DNA from: Adineta vaga
Taxonomy: Eukaryota; Animalia; Rotifera
NCBI GenBank assembly: GCA_021613535.1
Contig: CP075492.1
Span: 5,394,001 to 5,458,000 of the forward strand
Length of the DNA: 64,000 nucleotides
Direction: 5' to 3'
This document shows positions 26,984-41,092 of this stretch, piece after piece. The position numbers and the translations under genes were made by a program. Within the stretch, counting starts at the first letter, position 1. Every line of letters starts with the position of its first letter. Under the pieces are notes generated by a model that was given only the letters and a program-made list of their open reading frames with translations, had not been told where the DNA came from and did no database searches.

Positions 26984-28932
26984 ATGTCAATCCTACCCAG
27001 ACTTATTCGTCTACGAACGAAATACATTCGTTTAGAAGTCATTGCCTCGATCATATTAATCAGTCTTTTTATTAATATTTTTTCCATTCATCAATTATTT
27101 CAATGTTCATCATTAAATGAATTAAAGCCATTGAAAATACATTCGAATATAAATCCATTAAGTACTATAGAACGATCGAAAAAGGCGCTTGAAAATTTAA
27201 AAGTATTATTGAATAGTGTCGTATCTTCAACTGATCAACCATGGATTTGGACGCCTTCAGCACAATATCCATCTGTACCATATCAACCAACATTATTATC
27301 AAATCAAAAAATTCCCAAAGCAATTAATACGAAATCAGCTGTACCACACGTCGTTCAAGATGAAATTAATCGTGTCTGTCAACGATTGACTAAAACAAAT
27401 AGTACAAGTGGACAAATTTGGTGTAAATTATTTACAAAATGTTATGCTGATACATTAGCAACAACTACAACTTTATTAGATGACAATACAACTTATATAA
27501 TAACCGGTGATATCGATTTAATGTGGTTACGTGATAGCAGGTAAGATTAGGAAGAGAAACAAATAATAAATGAAAAATTTCCTTTTATTCTCTAGCGCTC
27601 AAGTTCATCAATATATGACATTATCACATGATAAAGATATTCAACGTATTATAGAAGGTTTGATTCGTCGTCAAACACAATTTATATTTACTAATCCATA
27701 TGCAAGTTCATTTCGTTTAACCCTTTACGGCCGTGTGTTGCCAAAAAGCAACAATTTTGCCGTAGGGGGGTACGGCATTTTTTAAAAAGTCGACCGTGAA
27801 AAATTGATCCCTATAACTAAACAACAAAGAATATATAGAAAGATAACTTTTTGCTTGTTGTTTTCTGGTAGCCGGCCGTAAAGGGTTAACTCTTCGTCCA
27901 AATCCACCATCGGACGATTCTCTTGAACCAGTTCATATTCTCAAAGGTCGAAATATTCATGTTGCCATGCATAATTATGAATTAGATAGTTTATGTTATC
28001 ATTTACGTTTAAGTTATACTTGGTGGAAACAAACACATCGTACAGATGTTTTTGATCATCAATGGTTACTAGCAGTGTCAATGATTATTCAAATCATGAT
28101 TATTGAACAACATCATTCAGAAATTTCACCATATCATTATACAGAATTAGGCAATAATTATCAAGGTTCACGCGTTTCATATACAGGAATGACATGGAGT
28201 GCATTTCGTCCGAGTGATGATCAGACAAAATTTGGTTATTTGATTCCAAGTAATATGATGACTACCGTTGTTTTAAAACAACTCAAAGAAATGATACAAA
28301 GTTTATATCCTGATCAAATTGAACTTTTACAACAAATATATCAATTACAAGTCGATATTTATTCAGGTATTCATACGTATGGTGTTGTTCAACATGCAAA
28401 ATATGGTCAAATCTATGCTTATGAAACTGATGGATTTTCTTCACCTCTTCTTATCGATGATGCCAATGTACCATCACTTCTTTCTGCAGCATATCTTGGT
28501 TTTAAAACACCCTACGATCCTGAAGATCAAATATTAGCAGCAACACAATCATTTGTTCTATCGAAAGAGAATCCCTTCTTTTTTTCTGGTGAATATGCTT
28601 CAGGAATCGGTAGTCAACATACTCAATCGCAATATGTTTGGCCTATGGCTATTATAATGGAAGGCTTTGCAAATCAATCACAAGTAAATCTCGATAGTGT
28701 TTGGAAAAGATTAGAAGCAAGTCATGCTGGTACATTTGCTATGCATGAAAGTTTCAATATTAACAATCCACAACAATTTAGTCGTACATGGTAGATTCTT
28801 TTTTTTTTTCTTTTAAATTTTCTTTCCAAAACAACATCATTTTCTAGGTTTGCATGGGTGAATTCTTTATTTGCCGAATTAGTTTTAGTACATCTGGATA
28901 AATTGGAGAATTGGTTGCAATATCGTCATTAG
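26984..28932 (+). CDS. Glycoside hydrolase family 125 (exo-alpha-1,6-mannosidase-like) with signal anchor, copy 1; exon 2 carries a MITE
   Basis: Motifs ITGDIDLMWLRDSSAQ, YELDSL, FRPSDD, DDANVPSLLS, WPM, MHESF and WFAWVNSLFAEL. Introns 27541-27595 and 28791-28847. Confidence 0.88.
27721..27885. mobile_element. 165-bp piggyBac-type MITE inside a GH125 exon
   Basis: TTAA duplicated (27717-27720, 27886-27889). Perfect 13-bp TIR CCCTTTACGGCCG. Removing the element and one TTAA restores SFRLTLRPNPP. Confidence 0.93.
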
Positions 28933-29123
28933 AAAATGTTCACTAGTTATCTTTCTCTAGATGCAATTCTTTATTTCATTTACTGTGATGAAAATCAACA
29001 AGAGAATAGGACAACAGCACTAAGTCGTCAACATTGCTGCGGTCTCTCTCTCGGTCCTCAATTTTAGAACTTGATGTTTATCTTCCTCTAGAAACAGAAG
29101 TTATTTTGAGATTTTTTTGTTAA

Positions 29124-31554
29124 CCTTCTAATACCATGCGAAAAAAGTCCCGTGGAATACCGTGCATGGACATTTTTGTCCATAAATACAAATCATAAAA
29201 AATCCGACTTTAGTCAGTTTTAGCATTAATATATTTGATTAATCTGATATATCAGAACTCTCGCCACACATTTCACACACAATATTCACACAAATATGCA
29301 CTTTACACACATATATTCTGCATTTGTAGCATTTGGTGCCAATTCTGCTAGCTTTTTGTTTACTTGCATAATCGAAAGCTTTATCATAACAAATTTTGCA
29401 CCGACCACTTTTCACTGCCATCGATTGAGTTGTTGCTAATGATGTCGTTGCTGCTGCTGCTCTTGTTTTTGTTGCTAATGACGATGGTGAAGATGAATCT
29501 GATGATGTCTTTTCATGCAAGATGCTGTGTATTCCGAAAACAACATCTTTGTGTAAATTTGATGTATTTCTTTGTGAAACATAAGGTTTCACCAAACAAA
29601 GAGCTAGTTCTCTAAGAAAAAGCTTTCTTTTATTTGGATTTTGTTTGTCCCAGTCAGGAAAACATTCAAGAAATAGCGTGAAGGCGTTGACACCAATTAT
29701 ATCAAGTAAGGTATAAAAAATCGACAGTGACCATCTAAAAGTACCTCGTTTTGTTGTATAATGTCGTGTAAGTTGATCAATTGTATCGACACCACCTTTA
29801 GTATCATTGTAGAATAGGTTGATTTCGGGTTTTTTCTTCTCCCCTTCAAAATCACCAATCGTTTGATGTTGACTAGAGATAAAAATAAGAACTTTTTTTG
29901 GTTCATGATTGTATGAAACGAGTTTGACTGGTGCTGTAGCTGTTGTTACTTTTGAAAAGAGAAACATAGATGAATAAAGTTCTCTATTCTTGCTGATTTT
30001 CATGATTTCTGGTATATGCTTTCTGTTGACCTGCATAGTACCAACTACAGTCAATTGAAATTTATGCCACAGTTCGTCGGCAAGTTCTACAGATGAATAA
30101 AAGCGGTCCATAGTGATGTTTCTTGAAGTACCTTTGATGGTTTGTGCTAGTCGGCACACGATATCCTTCGGTTTATTTGAAATTTCATTTGTTTTACCAG
30201 CATATGGTTCCATATTGATTGCATATCTTTTATGTGAATCTTGTGAGCATTCTGATAAGAATACCATATTTACCAGGCTTGTCCTTCATAAATACTTTGA
30301 AAGGGCAACGACCACGATATAAAGAGAGCATTTCATCAATAGTTGTGCATTGGTATGGCTTGAAATTTGATGAAAATGTTGATGTTACCATTTGGAATAC
30401 ATTTCAAATTGGTGCAAATTTGTCTTTTTTTCTCGTTTGGTTTTTGTAGCAGCATCATCAAATCTTAAATGTTTCAATATATAATATGAACGAAGCGATT
30501 TCTAGCCATGGCTCCTTTGTAAAATGGTCTTCCATTCATTTCCGACCAAGATCTGTTATAGATAAGCCATTATCTTGATTTGTACCCATCATATATAAAA
30601 TACCAATAAATGCAAAGAGCTCGTGTTTGTCAATAGATCTATCATTCAATCCCATGTGCTTGTTTGTATTTTTAATTATTGTTGTTGATACTTCATCAGT
30701 AAAAAACTTTTTGAATGAATCTTCTATATTTTTAACTTTACCAGAACGTGTAACACCAAATGTATCTCGTATAATATTTTGTCGATACATTTTTGATTTT
30801 TGATGGTGTTTTGTAATAAATTTTTCCAGTTTTACTTATTACTTAATCATCATCTTCTTCATCATTGCTCATTTCCAATATGTTCAGTAAAAATCTTCTT
30901 CTTCTGACGTACTATTTGTAATATCATCATATTCTGCCATTTTATAAAATTTATTTATAGTTGTTAAATAATGTGGAGAGGTGAGATGGAAGACGAAGAA
31001 AATTGGTGATTTTATTCAGAAAAAAAACGAGTATATATAGGTGGAATGGATAAAGAGGGGTATTCGTCGAGAAGTTTCTTCTTTATTTTCATGAAGAATG
31101 ATTGACAATGGATCGAGGTCCATAAAAGGTCACACAGGAACATAGTGAGTACTTGATGTACGAAAGAGAAGCAAGATATGTACGAGAGAAAGAAAGAAAT
31201 ATACGAAAGAGAGGAGCAAAATATACGACAGAACAGAAAGAAATGCATGAAAGAGAAAGATATACTGTGTAGTAATAGTGTCTACAATATCTGTACGATA
31301 TAAACTAGACGAGAATACAGAAAACAAAGATATAAAAATGAGTGATACTATCATATGAATTTTTTCATGTACAAAAAAACGTTGACTTTTTCAGGAAAAA
31401 GTAAAAATTTGTTGAAAAGGAGATATTCAGCAGATGCTAGAGCTATAAAAATTTACATTCTAAAAAGTTGATATCGATTAGTTCAGGTCTTCACCGAAAA
31501 TTAAGTGTTTTACACACGTATGGACGAAAATGTGCATGCACAGTATTAGAAGGG
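29124..31554 (-). mobile_element. piggyBac transposon (~2.4 kb) with disrupted transposase (~30940-29239), copy 1
   Basis: TTAA TSDs, TIR CCCTTCTAATAC.. (left end lacks one C) and subterminal inverted repeats. DDD triad motifs TIDE, ITMDRFY and KGGVDTIDQ. C-terminal Cys-rich domain. Frameshifts present. Confidence 0.92.
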
Positions 31555-33597
31555 TTAACCCACTTTCATTCTCAAGATTTCCTCGTTATTTCCACGCGTC
31601 CTATTACAAAAGTTTTTTTCGATTTTTAACATTACTTTTGCTTTGATTTCTTCTTTTTGAACAACTTATACAGTGTATGTTTACAGTGAGGGTGTGGGTA
31701 TCTCTTCTTCTTTCATCCCACACCCACACCCACCCGATGTAGAACGCTTGTTATATTTTTATTTATTTTTTCTTGCTCTTGCTTTTTATTATAGGAAGAC
31801 AGTTTTAGTTCTGTACAGTCCTGGTACAGTCACAACTGAAATTTTAGTTTTAACTAAATTTCGATTTCGTTCGCGACACATATTTAAATGTGTATATTTC
31901 AGTATGTGAATATAAGGATAAGCATCCGGGTATGGGTATGGCTGGCGTAAACAATAAATGCTCGCACCCACACCCTCACATACTTTCAAGATTGTAATGC
32001 TATAGATATAACACCTGCATTTGGTACATCAGACTGAACCCATCAAAAGTTCGATAGATTAAAGTTTTAATAAAGCGTTGACAAATCGAAAAATGGTTTT
32101 CAAAATTTACGAAACTTAAAAAGGTTTCGTAGATTTTGAAAACCATTTCTTGCGATTTGTCAACGTATTCGAAGCTTTTGAAACATACAGAATCTTTTCG
32201 ATGGGTTTTGGGAATACACCTTTTTATTTAGAGTGTGTGGTGATATCAATATATGATCATCTCCTAATCAATTTTATGCGTACCTCCCGCTATTGTCGTC
32301 TCCCTGCGCTACTTTCTCTATATACCCATTGTAACGAAATTTAGATAGAGACCTTTCGTTACCACTGCAGTATATCTATTATTGTTGATCAACAATGAAA
32401 AGCTGGATGAGAAGCGTTACCGCTATCCTTGATGTATGATGTTCTTTGCTACATCATTAATCCAATTCTGTCCAAGTTACAAACAACACGCGCTTATATA
32501 CCAGAGAAGACGCGTAGAATAGAATGAATGAGAGATGCAATGTTTGAGCAGTTACTATCGATCAATCGGTCATGACCTGAATGTTGAACGGTCATCAGAC
32601 ACACCTTGACCGATAGAGAATCACCGAGTGGGTTATTCATCTTATCAGCACCCATCTCGGCCCTGAAACGGCATGAATGTTGGTGGATTTCCCCGTCCTT
32701 CCAATTGTATCCTACCGGAAACTAGGAGCTTTTTTCGGAAAAATCTGTTCATTTTCGCAACAGATACGGGCACTCGGAAAAGGATGGAGACGTGCTGATC
32801 CAAAAAATTTTCAAAACAAGATTTTTCAGCAATGAAAAATTTCTTTATTATAATTTCTTAAATGAGTTGTTCTCAAAGCGACAGTTTCGTTCACCAGGGA
32901 ACGTGGTTTTCCTGAGAATTCTGTTGTCGAAATCTGAACCTATTTTCGACATGGTGAAGAGATATGATCGTTTGCAAAGTACGGGATCTATGCGGAATGG
33001 TAATGAATCCGGGTACGGCGTAATACGGTCTGAATACTATTTCGATTTCTGTGTGCCCTTCCGGACGGAAACGGTTGGGAACCTCTGGGACAGTCCTAGC
33101 TTTTACGGGTTTTTCTATTGATACTGGAGGCCGGAACGACTGACCTGGATACGCGTGGATTGTATTACTAAGTGATGACATTGTATATGTGAGATAGCTT
33201 AGACATCTACACCGTGAGAAGCGGTGAGCTACCTCCAATTTGTTGTTACATAACAAGAATTTTCGGGGACATTGAGTTCTGTAAATAGTTTAAAAGACGC
33301 TTTTAGTAATGTGTGTATCTTGAGGATGTGCATACTGAGCCAGTCAAAACCTACTATTATCCATACCCACGCCCTCAATGTACATTTTATGACACTGATA
33401 TAGTTTGACATTGACACATTATAGAACTGTATCGTATTTTAATTATTTTGTGATGATAATGGACTTGTCAAACATGTATATTGTTTACTTTTCATAATTA
33501 TAGTTCAAAAGAATTGTGCGCGATATATTTGATTACTTTAAATACAATGCATAAACAAACTCTTTATAGCTCTCCTATTAACATGTTACAGCAATAA

Positions 33598-34592
33598 TGA
33601 AATGTTATAATGTAAACCGTTTCTACGCCGAAAATGCTGATCTGCTTAGTTACTACTATTGTTACTACTATATATTTCGGTATTTTTAGAAACGATTATG
33701 ATTTCATTTCCGAGAATAATTATTATCAATCATGAGGTGTCATCGCGACATTCTATCCGTAGCGATGATCGATCTGTTTTCTTAACCATTAATATGATCC
33801 ATTCTGTAGTGAGGTTTCATTCAATTAAAATAACTCATTCTATCCAATCATTATTTTCATGATAACAGCTTTACATCTGCCATGCGCCAACGCATAGTAT
33901 CATGTACAAGTTAGAATACAGAAATAAAGATTTCATTTGCTCTTCTGCTGATCTTCAAAACATCAATATTAACCCAATAATGGATCACGATCCAACAAAC
34001 CAATTAGCTATCGTCTGATGTGTCGATTTTGACACATGATATCTTTTATCACCCATCGATCACTGGTGGTCAATATGATTATCTTATGAGAATGGATGCT
34101 GATTCTGTATTTCTCCGATGTGACTAAAAAGGATCTTTTATATATACAGACAAGCAAAACTAGATTATGTTTATCGTGCTGAATACTGGGAACCAATCAC
34201 ACCAATGAAGCCTGTTCTGAAACATTTCTTTACGATATATCCGAAGTCTCTAGCTGCATTTACAATAATTTCTTTATAGTTCGATTAAAATGGTATCACG
34301 AATCAAACGAGTTCAAACTTCGTCAATGAGTTAGTTCGCGATGATTTAATGATTCTGTGAATACATTGGCGATGGATGTGCTCATGCAGCTATGTTAAAA
34401 ATTGATAATCAGGTCAAAGTAAAACGCATCACTGATATTTCCTATGGACATAATTATCATGTAATGACGCGTTGGGGAGTACTGAAATTTGTGAAAGTGG
34501 AGCAGTTTGAGGTGGAAATAAAAAAATCTTGTGAACAATTGATAGTAACTTCGAGACACTAGTGGTATACTCACTCAAATACCGATTCCATA
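33598..34592 (+). pseudogene. GT15 mannosyltransferase, copy 1, many indels (pseudogene or consensus error)
   Basis: Aligns to 55451-56449 with numerous scattered 1-4 nt indels. Confidence 0.7.
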
Positions 34593-35054
34593 ACAAAACG
34601 AAAATACATGTCCTGTCACAGTTGTTTGTCAAAAGTAGCAAGTGGTCATGGCCACGAGAGTGAATGTATGCAAATGCAAATTACTATCAAGATACGTATC
34701 GATGGTATACGGTTATGAAAATCGGTTAAAATACAACTCTAAATATGATTAAATAGATAACCATAATTATAATTAAGGGCTACTGCGAGTAAAACTGTAA
34801 TACATATTCTAAAATTATTCATCTAGTGTGACGATTTCCGATTGAAAGAGGCAGTAGCGCTGATGGAGCTATCCTTTCGTTTATTTCTTCATGCTATAAA
34901 GCACATCGATCTCACATGAAACAGTCACTTATATACCCTTCCTCAGGAGAAAAGGATAAAGGATTTTAGGGCAGAATACACAATAAGAACAAATATCAGG
35001 ATGTAACGCTTTCCACTGATTTCGTCACACTTATCCAAGTAGAGATATATTGTT

Positions 35055-35797
35055 TTGTGTACTCAAAAAGTGAGTACACTACTAAAATCGGTCAGTGTGT
35101 CCGTCCGTCCGTCCGTTTATCCGATAACTTTCGAAAGGAGAGTCCGATTGAGCTGAAATTTTCCACACAGTTTAGCCTCAGTAATATCTCAGTCAAGTTC
35201 GAAGATGAGACCGATCAGCCAAGAATTGCTTGAGTTCTCGTAAAAATACTGAAAACTGGCCAGACCATCCCTGAGGAGGAGTACAGGGATTTTTTGCCAA
35301 AGTTTTTTTTTCGTCATTTTCACAGGATATATCGGTCTGTTGGGCTTCATGTGCATTACCTTTGTGTCGTCAAAATCAGAGAGTGAATGTGGGTGATATA
35401 AGTGATCTGGGTGAAATTTCACCCAGATGGTTTTATGATGGGTAAAATCTCCAAACTTCGTATAGTGATTTCCTAGGCACGATATAACGTCGAGAACTTG
35501 TTGGAACATGAGGAAGGAGTGTGGATGACGATGAGGGCGAGGCTAACCTGGGTGAAGTGTCAGTCAAGATGTTCCACGTAGATAACGTCACCATAGTTTC
35601 TCAGGTGGTTTCCTAGGTCTACAGAAACGTCCATAAAGTGTTGGCACAATAGTAAAGATAAGAAGTTGACCTATGTAAAGTTTTATGGTAACATACAAGA
35701 TGAAAATAGTTGGTATATGCATAAGCCAGGTAATTTATTTCATATGATGAAAACTGAGTGCACTGCTTGAACAGTTTAGTATGTCTGCTCATCCGTT
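35055..35797 (+). mobile_element. HINE/DINE-1-like element, copy 1
   Basis: Same as 57266-58011. About 360 bp of upstream flank present in copy 2 is missing here. Confidence 0.6.
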
Positions 35798-36752
35798 CAT
35801 AGACACGATAATTCCTGAAGTATTGGTACAGTTCTGATGAAATTTTCTACGGAGTACTGCGACAATGATACCTCACTTGAGTTTGAAGAAGCGCCTGATC
35901 AGCCGAACGATTTGTGAGTTATTGGAAATAGTGGTATTTCGGTATGACTTTATTATATCTTCTATCTGATATACTTTTTGCAGTACACATAACATTCGGA
36001 TAAAATCCGAAGTTTCCGCATTTATTTCTATTTTTCTCAGTCCAGATATTTCGTTGGTATCAATGATGGAACTATCTTGAGGGTCTGATGGGTGTGGGTG
36101 TGAAAATAACACTCTACCATCACCCACACCCACACCATCGTAAGTTACTTAAATATAGATAACATTATTTTAAATTGTTTCAATGTATTAGTGAGACAAA
36201 GTGTAAAACAACCTCAAATGATCACGCACTTATCGCTATTTTGGCCAAGTTTTGCAGGATGACTGTTTCAACTGAGGAAGAAAATAATGATTTATTAGAT
36301 ATGCCAGGACAAGGCTCATTAATTACTGATTCTTTTGCTACTCCAGCTATTTCATAAAGCACTGTAGAACGTTTAATGATAACCTTTGTGTATTCACTAT
36401 CAAGACAAATAATAAGAGAGCTAATTCGTAAATAATGTTTGGCATGTCTGTTCTTTCGTTAAATAGAAAGAATGACAAAGCAAGACGCATATTCTTATAC
36501 AGCGAAATATGCTCTGCAAACTGATTCCAAATGGATTTGAAAAATCTGAACTTCAACTTTGGCCACGCTGGTTCACCTAACGATGGACAAGCTCAAATAT
36601 GTTGACAATAGCTGTGCTAATGTTACTATGTTAAAAATTAATATCTAGACTCGAATAAAACTCAATACTATAATGCTTCTTATGGTCTTAAGTGTCATCT
36701 GATCCCACACTAGGAAGAACTGACATATGTTATAGGAAAATAGTTTGCACTA

Positions 36753-38717
36753 CATAGAGTAGTCAATAGTGGCGGCGCCAAGGGGTAGGGGGGCCAAGCC
36801 CCCTCAGAAATTGTTTGAGCTCCTCAGATTTTATAAAATTCTCGCAGAAAACCAATGATTTTCTTACAAAATATCGAATTTTGGGGGCTGAGCCCTTCAA
36901 GTGAAAAATCCTGGCGCCGCCTCTAGTAACCAATAATAAGTTCTCGAACTCTTTATATCTCATCAAGAGAACTAGAATTCTTCACTCTTTTTACATCATA
37001 TATTTGAGTTAGTTGTTATGATGTTGTATAGAAAGTTTCATCGTTCTAACTTATTCTGTTGATATTCTATCGAGATAAATATTAGGTAAAAAAATGCCTC
37101 CTTGGTTATTACATCTGCTATATAGGTATAGATGGTTATCAGCTAGTCTCTCTTTTACTCGTTTCATGAAGTGGTATACCGAATGATTAGCTCAAGGTGA
37201 ATACACTGCATAAGCCATAGCTTCGTTTGGTTCACTTTAGAATAGGTAATAATGGTGTTACACATGTTGCTTAAAAATTACTAATGAGACTGTTCCATAA
37301 CAATACGGTTTTATTCAGATAACTTTTGTTTCTGTGAACTTTGATATCTTTGACTACTATGAATCACATTGCCAGCTACTATGGAAACTACTGTAAGGTA
37401 AAAAACGGCTCAAATCTCAGAAACCGCTGACGTATCTTGAGGTAACCATTCCATAGACAGTGAAAATTGCTTGTGAATAACTGGTTTCTCTGAGCATCCG
37501 TAATCTTAATGATATTGGATTCAGTATTGGGCTCTTAGAGTTCAGTCTGACATTTGCTAATGCTATCGGATTGAATTCATTTACTACTTAGCAGATTCAT
37601 GAAAATTTTAATATAAATAAAACTAGTAAAAGTTCACCAATAACCAAGGAGGCATTTTTTTACCTAATACTTATCTCGATCGAATATCAACAGAATAAGT
37701 TAGAACGATGAAACTTTCTATACAACATCATAACAACTAACTCAAATATATGATGTAAAAAGAGTGAAGAATTCTAGTTCTCTTGATGAGATATAAAGAG
37801 TTCCGAGAACTTATTGACAGAGATGGGCAGCTCCAACCCTTTCGATCTCCAGCTCAGCTACAGCTCCAGACAATACCCAAGACCGCTCCTCTCCGACTCC
37901 GCTCAATATTGAAAAATAGACTTTCGACTCCACTCCCAATGAATAATAGCCGCTCCAGCTCAGCTCCAGCTCTAGCTTTAATTTGAAAAATTCGCTCCGA
38001 CTCCACTCCAGCTCCGTTTCGACTCCGCTCCTGAATCAAGTTTTCTTGATTATGCTTTATGACTAGTCATGTTTACTGAATTTTTCATCTTAGTCTACAT
38101 ATAAAAGCATGTATATAAAGTACCAAAAAACACGGATTAACTATATATTTAACTTAGCGAGAATATAATATTAAACACATTAGTAGCAATATTCAATAGA
38201 TTAGTGAACTACAACAAGTGACGATTACATTTTAATAAAGTGAGCAATGAAAGCGTATTCTTCGATATTGAATCGTTATTATCGATGATAGTAACAGGAG
38301 ATAATTCATCGATGGGAAGATCATGTGTGTGTGTTACCATGATAATCGTTTTTGTTCAATTCAGACTTAGCTGAGAGTTATTGTTCTGATTATACACCGT
38401 TCACGTGTCGCATTTTATATCATGTCTTTTTTCTCTTGGGCGTAACCTTATTTTGCACTGTCTGAAATTTACGATATGACAGCCAATTAGTCAGATAATA
38501 AAATCGTAAATGGACGGTCAGTCATTGTCTGAGATGCCGTCAATGACGTAGAATTAAAAACAAGATAATAAATGTAATGAGCGAACAATGACCAGCCCTT
38601 TTTTCATTAATTTTTCTATGTATCGCATGAGAACATTTAAGAAAAAGGTCAGCGGAGCTAGCTCCATGGAGCGATCGCTCCGAGTCGAAGTTGCCCATCT
38701 CTGTTGACTACCCTATG
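36753..38717. mobile_element. Same Tc1/mariner-type element, copy 1 (nested hAT MITEs at 36767-36925 and 37818-38703)
   Basis: Same structure as 58970-60948. Confidence 0.82.
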
Positions 38718-40408
38718 TAGAAACTGAGAAATTGCAGTGACAGTTATTAGTAAGTCAGGGATGCCAATTGCATACCAAATCAAATATGTTCTTTGTACAA
38801 AAATAACAGTTTTTTCATTCCACTTTTTACATCGATTTATATTTTGTTTGAAACAACTAGAATGTGCCACAAGACACAGTATAAAATGAACTACAATCTA
38901 CAAAGGAAAGCTTATTTATTTGTGTAATTTCTGCTGTTAGAAAAAGAAAAATCATGTGCAATCAATTTTTGACGCTCCCAAAATATAATTTTTCTTATTT
39001 CATCTTTATATCACCTAATGTGCTTTTCCGAAGAGAAACGAAATACCGGAGAATATGCAGTGTAAAATGTATTTGAGTTATGTGCTTTCAGTTTTCAAAC
39101 AGCAAAATTTCATGACACCAATGCGTAACATTGCGAGAAATGATTTTTCGGCAAGGATGAGCAATTTCTTTCTTCTTACTTGAACAGATTGTTCCCCATA
39201 AATAATAGTTTTTTGCACTGCATCTTTTGATGTATATTTTTTGACATGCATATTAATTGCCGAAGCGATGAAATATGAAAAGGAATATGTCGTTGACATA
39301 GAAAAATATTCAGTGAAGTAGACTTGTGATCGATGGTGTTACATATGAAGGAAAAGAATTGTAAAGGTTCAAATGTGTGCTTCATGATGAAGTAGAAACA
39401 GGAGAGAATGTTCATATGTAACCATCTCGAACTGGAAGAACTGTGCAAATGATGTATAAATTACTAGAATGAGATGATTACTCTTCCCACGATTTTACTT
39501 CTAGAATCTACTTTTGTTAAAGTATAAAAGAAAGACATGGTCTCTGAATATGTAATATTCAAGGTGATCAGATCGATAGAAATTATTACATATGAAGAAG
39601 ATAAACTATGTAAGAGTTCAAATGTGCTTCATGAAAACGAAATTGAAACAAGGAGAGAAACCAGAATGTAGTTTTATCTTTCTGCTTTCTAGAATACGAT
39701 CAGTTTCACTAAAGACATATTCACTTGCGGTTGATGAAGCTTGAATAGAAAAAGCGTGGAGAAACTTAACGTAAGAATCGTGAAAATATCGCTGAGTGCT
39801 TCTTCCATCACATTAATATATTTTCACCTTCACCAAAATTGCTATTCATTTTCATGTATTCCATTAGTTTTACAGGACTCTAGTCGAAAGTCGGTCGCAC
39901 ACAATTTCACTTTCGTTTGAAAGTAGCAAGCACACAAATAAAGTAAGCTTTACTTTGCAGATCGTAGTTCTTTCATGTTCTAGCTTGTAGTATATCTTTA
40001 TTTGCTTTGAAGAAAATATAAAAGCGACGTAGAAGTGGAATAGAATAGAAATAGAACATTTTTTTGTCAAGAACAGATGACAGAAGAATGCTTATAAAGA
40101 ATTTCCTAAAACCAATGATTCAACTTAATATGAATTAAAATCTAGTGCTATACATTTCAGAGAGCATGAAGCTCATAAGAAGAAAAAAAAAGAAGAAGAC
40201 TAGTTACTCGCAAGCACTCATGATGCCTTCTAGTTTTTCATCGATAGATAGTGCGAGTAAGTGAGTAGAAAGACGCTTTCTTAACACACTGATTCACATT
40301 AATGTCTTCAAGTAATTTGAAGGCAAAGGATAGTTAGCTTTGGAACAGGTAGTGGAAATGACCAGAAAAATAACAACATTTAAAAAGCGATGCTAAATAA
40401 AACTAGGA

Positions 40409-41092
40409 CAACGTAGGTAAAATTAGCACCGTATTCGAGTATTTTTTGTTAGGATTCGCCTGTAAACTTGTGCTGGTCTTCGAAAAGGTTGTGTTGGATA
40501 CAGAATTGAATTCTGCTTTCGAATGATGCCAATTTTAATAGGGGTCCACCGTCCAAAAACTGAAGTTTTCGACGAAAAAACCGGTGTTTTCACCCATTTT
40601 TTTGGACTTGAAACTTTGTATTTCTTGCCCGGATTCGCTTGAGCACTTGTGCTGTGTCTAAGAATGGATGTGTTGGATTTAGAATTTAATTCTCTATCAA
40701 ATGATGTAGTTTTTGAAGAGGGTCACCGAGGGAAAAAATCATCACACCCACACACCCACACCCTCGCCTCCGGTAATGCCGCCTAAGTCCTACATCATTT
40801 GATAGAGAGTTAAATTCTGAATCGAACACATCCATTCTTAGACTCAGCACAAGTTCTCAAGCGAATCCGGGCAAGAAATACAAAAGTTTCAAGTCCAAAA
40901 AATGGGTGAAAACACCGGTTTTTCGTCGAAAACTTCAGTTTTTGGACGGTGACCCCTATTAAAATTGGCACCATTCGAAAGAGAATTCAATTCTGCATCT
41001 AACACAACCTTTTAGAAGACCAGCACAAGTTTACAGGCGAATCCTGACAAAAAATACTCGAATGTGGTGCTAACTTTTCTTACCTGCTGTTG
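40409..41092. repeat. ~680-bp fold-back element, copy 1
   Basis: Same as 62767-63447. Confidence 0.85.

Noticed and set aside
31012-31354. Hydrophobic ORFs upstream of the piggyBac transposase
   Set aside because: These are low-complexity AG-rich leader sequence of the element, and the frames differ between copies.
32650-33256. GC-richer ORFs of 109 and 121 aa
   Set aside because: They overlap a repeat-like tract with CCGG/ACGG motifs, have no protein motifs, and the minus-strand frame is not preserved in copy 2.
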